Positions 63,846 to 64,000 of a DNA stretch of 64,000 nucleotides are shown piece after piece. Position 1 is the stretch's first letter; each line of letters starts with the position of its first letter. The stretch lies in the NCBI GenBank assembly GCA_036562635.1, contig DATCJU010000094.1:11758-75757 (forward strand). Direction: 5' to 3'. The stretch comes from Pseudonocardiaceae bacterium (GTDB taxonomy: Bacteria > Actinomycetota > Actinomycetes > Mycobacteriales > Pseudonocardiaceae). The notes beneath the pieces were generated by a model. That model saw nothing but the letters and a program-made list of their open reading frames with translations. It made no database searches and had not been told where the DNA came from. The translations under genes and the position numbers were made by a program.

Positions 63846-64000
63846 CTGCCCTGCCCCCAGGCACGCCGCGGCGAACGCACCAACCGGTCCTTCAGCTCAC
63901 GGGTGTGCCGGCGGCTCACCGGCAGTTCCACCGCGTCCGGACCGTTGCCCAGACGCACCGTGTAACCGGACGACCCCATCCGCAGCTCGGTGATCAGCGG
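63842..64000 (-). CDS. LytTR-type DNA-binding response regulator, C-terminal fragment (gene runs off the window)
   Basis: Minus-strand translation ...PLITELRMGSSGYTVRLGNGPDAVELPVSRRHTRELKDRLVRS... is a typical LytTR domain end. The stop overlaps the next start (ATGA). Confidence 0.6.
   Translation of the reverse strand, partial: PLITELRMGSSGYTVRLGNGPDAVELPVSRRHTRELKDRLVRSPRRAWGQGR

Overview
High-GC actinomycete chromosomal segment (Actinomycetota; the genus cannot be determined from sequence alone). It is densely packed with about 60 protein genes on both strands. I recognised no rRNA, tRNA, CRISPR array, transposase or integrase.

Gene content in order:
- Cell-envelope glycan genes: GT4, Wzx-like flippase, GT2, DUF2304, GalE-like epimerase.
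- Two tandem peptidoglycan amidases, then LhgO, an MFS transporter plus MerR regulator, a HAD hydrolase, an HhH-GPD protein and serS.
- A yjfL/yjfC/yjfM-like trio: DUF350, a glutathionylspermidine-synthase-like ATP-grasp, and a DUF1190-like protein.
- A septum-formation protein, a FAD monooxygenase, pheA and a macro-domain protein.
- An Hsp20 gene with a perfect CIRCE operator, diverging from a DevR/DosR-like response regulator.
- A lower-GC island of about 4.7 kb that contains only membrane-anchored pentapeptide-repeat paralogues: two full convergent copies and one truncated copy.
- A GAF histidine kinase sitting behind cydAB, with no cydDC in the window.
- A yybP-ykoY-type Mn riboswitch in front of a GDT1/UPF0016 exporter.
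- A homogentisate catabolic cluster: hmgA, fahA, an IclR regulator and a translationally coupled unknown gene.
- A class F sortase with a CHRD/EF-hand secreted protein.
- A tightly coupled 7.5 kb five-gene operon: SWIM, DUF5691, MoxR AAA+, DUF5682, VWA.
- arcA, a J-domain/NERD-like membrane protein and a P450.
- Two tandem DUF485 + SSS symporter modules behind a LytTR regulator.

The top candidate for an undescribed system is the SWIM-MoxR-VWA five-gene operon at 40242..47772. Secondary candidates are the pentapeptide island, the fahA-coupled unknown gene and the DUF350/ATP-grasp trio.

All family assignments come from motif recognition by eye and from memory. No database search was run. Several start codons were reassigned from the ORF track using RBS, GC3 and homology logic.
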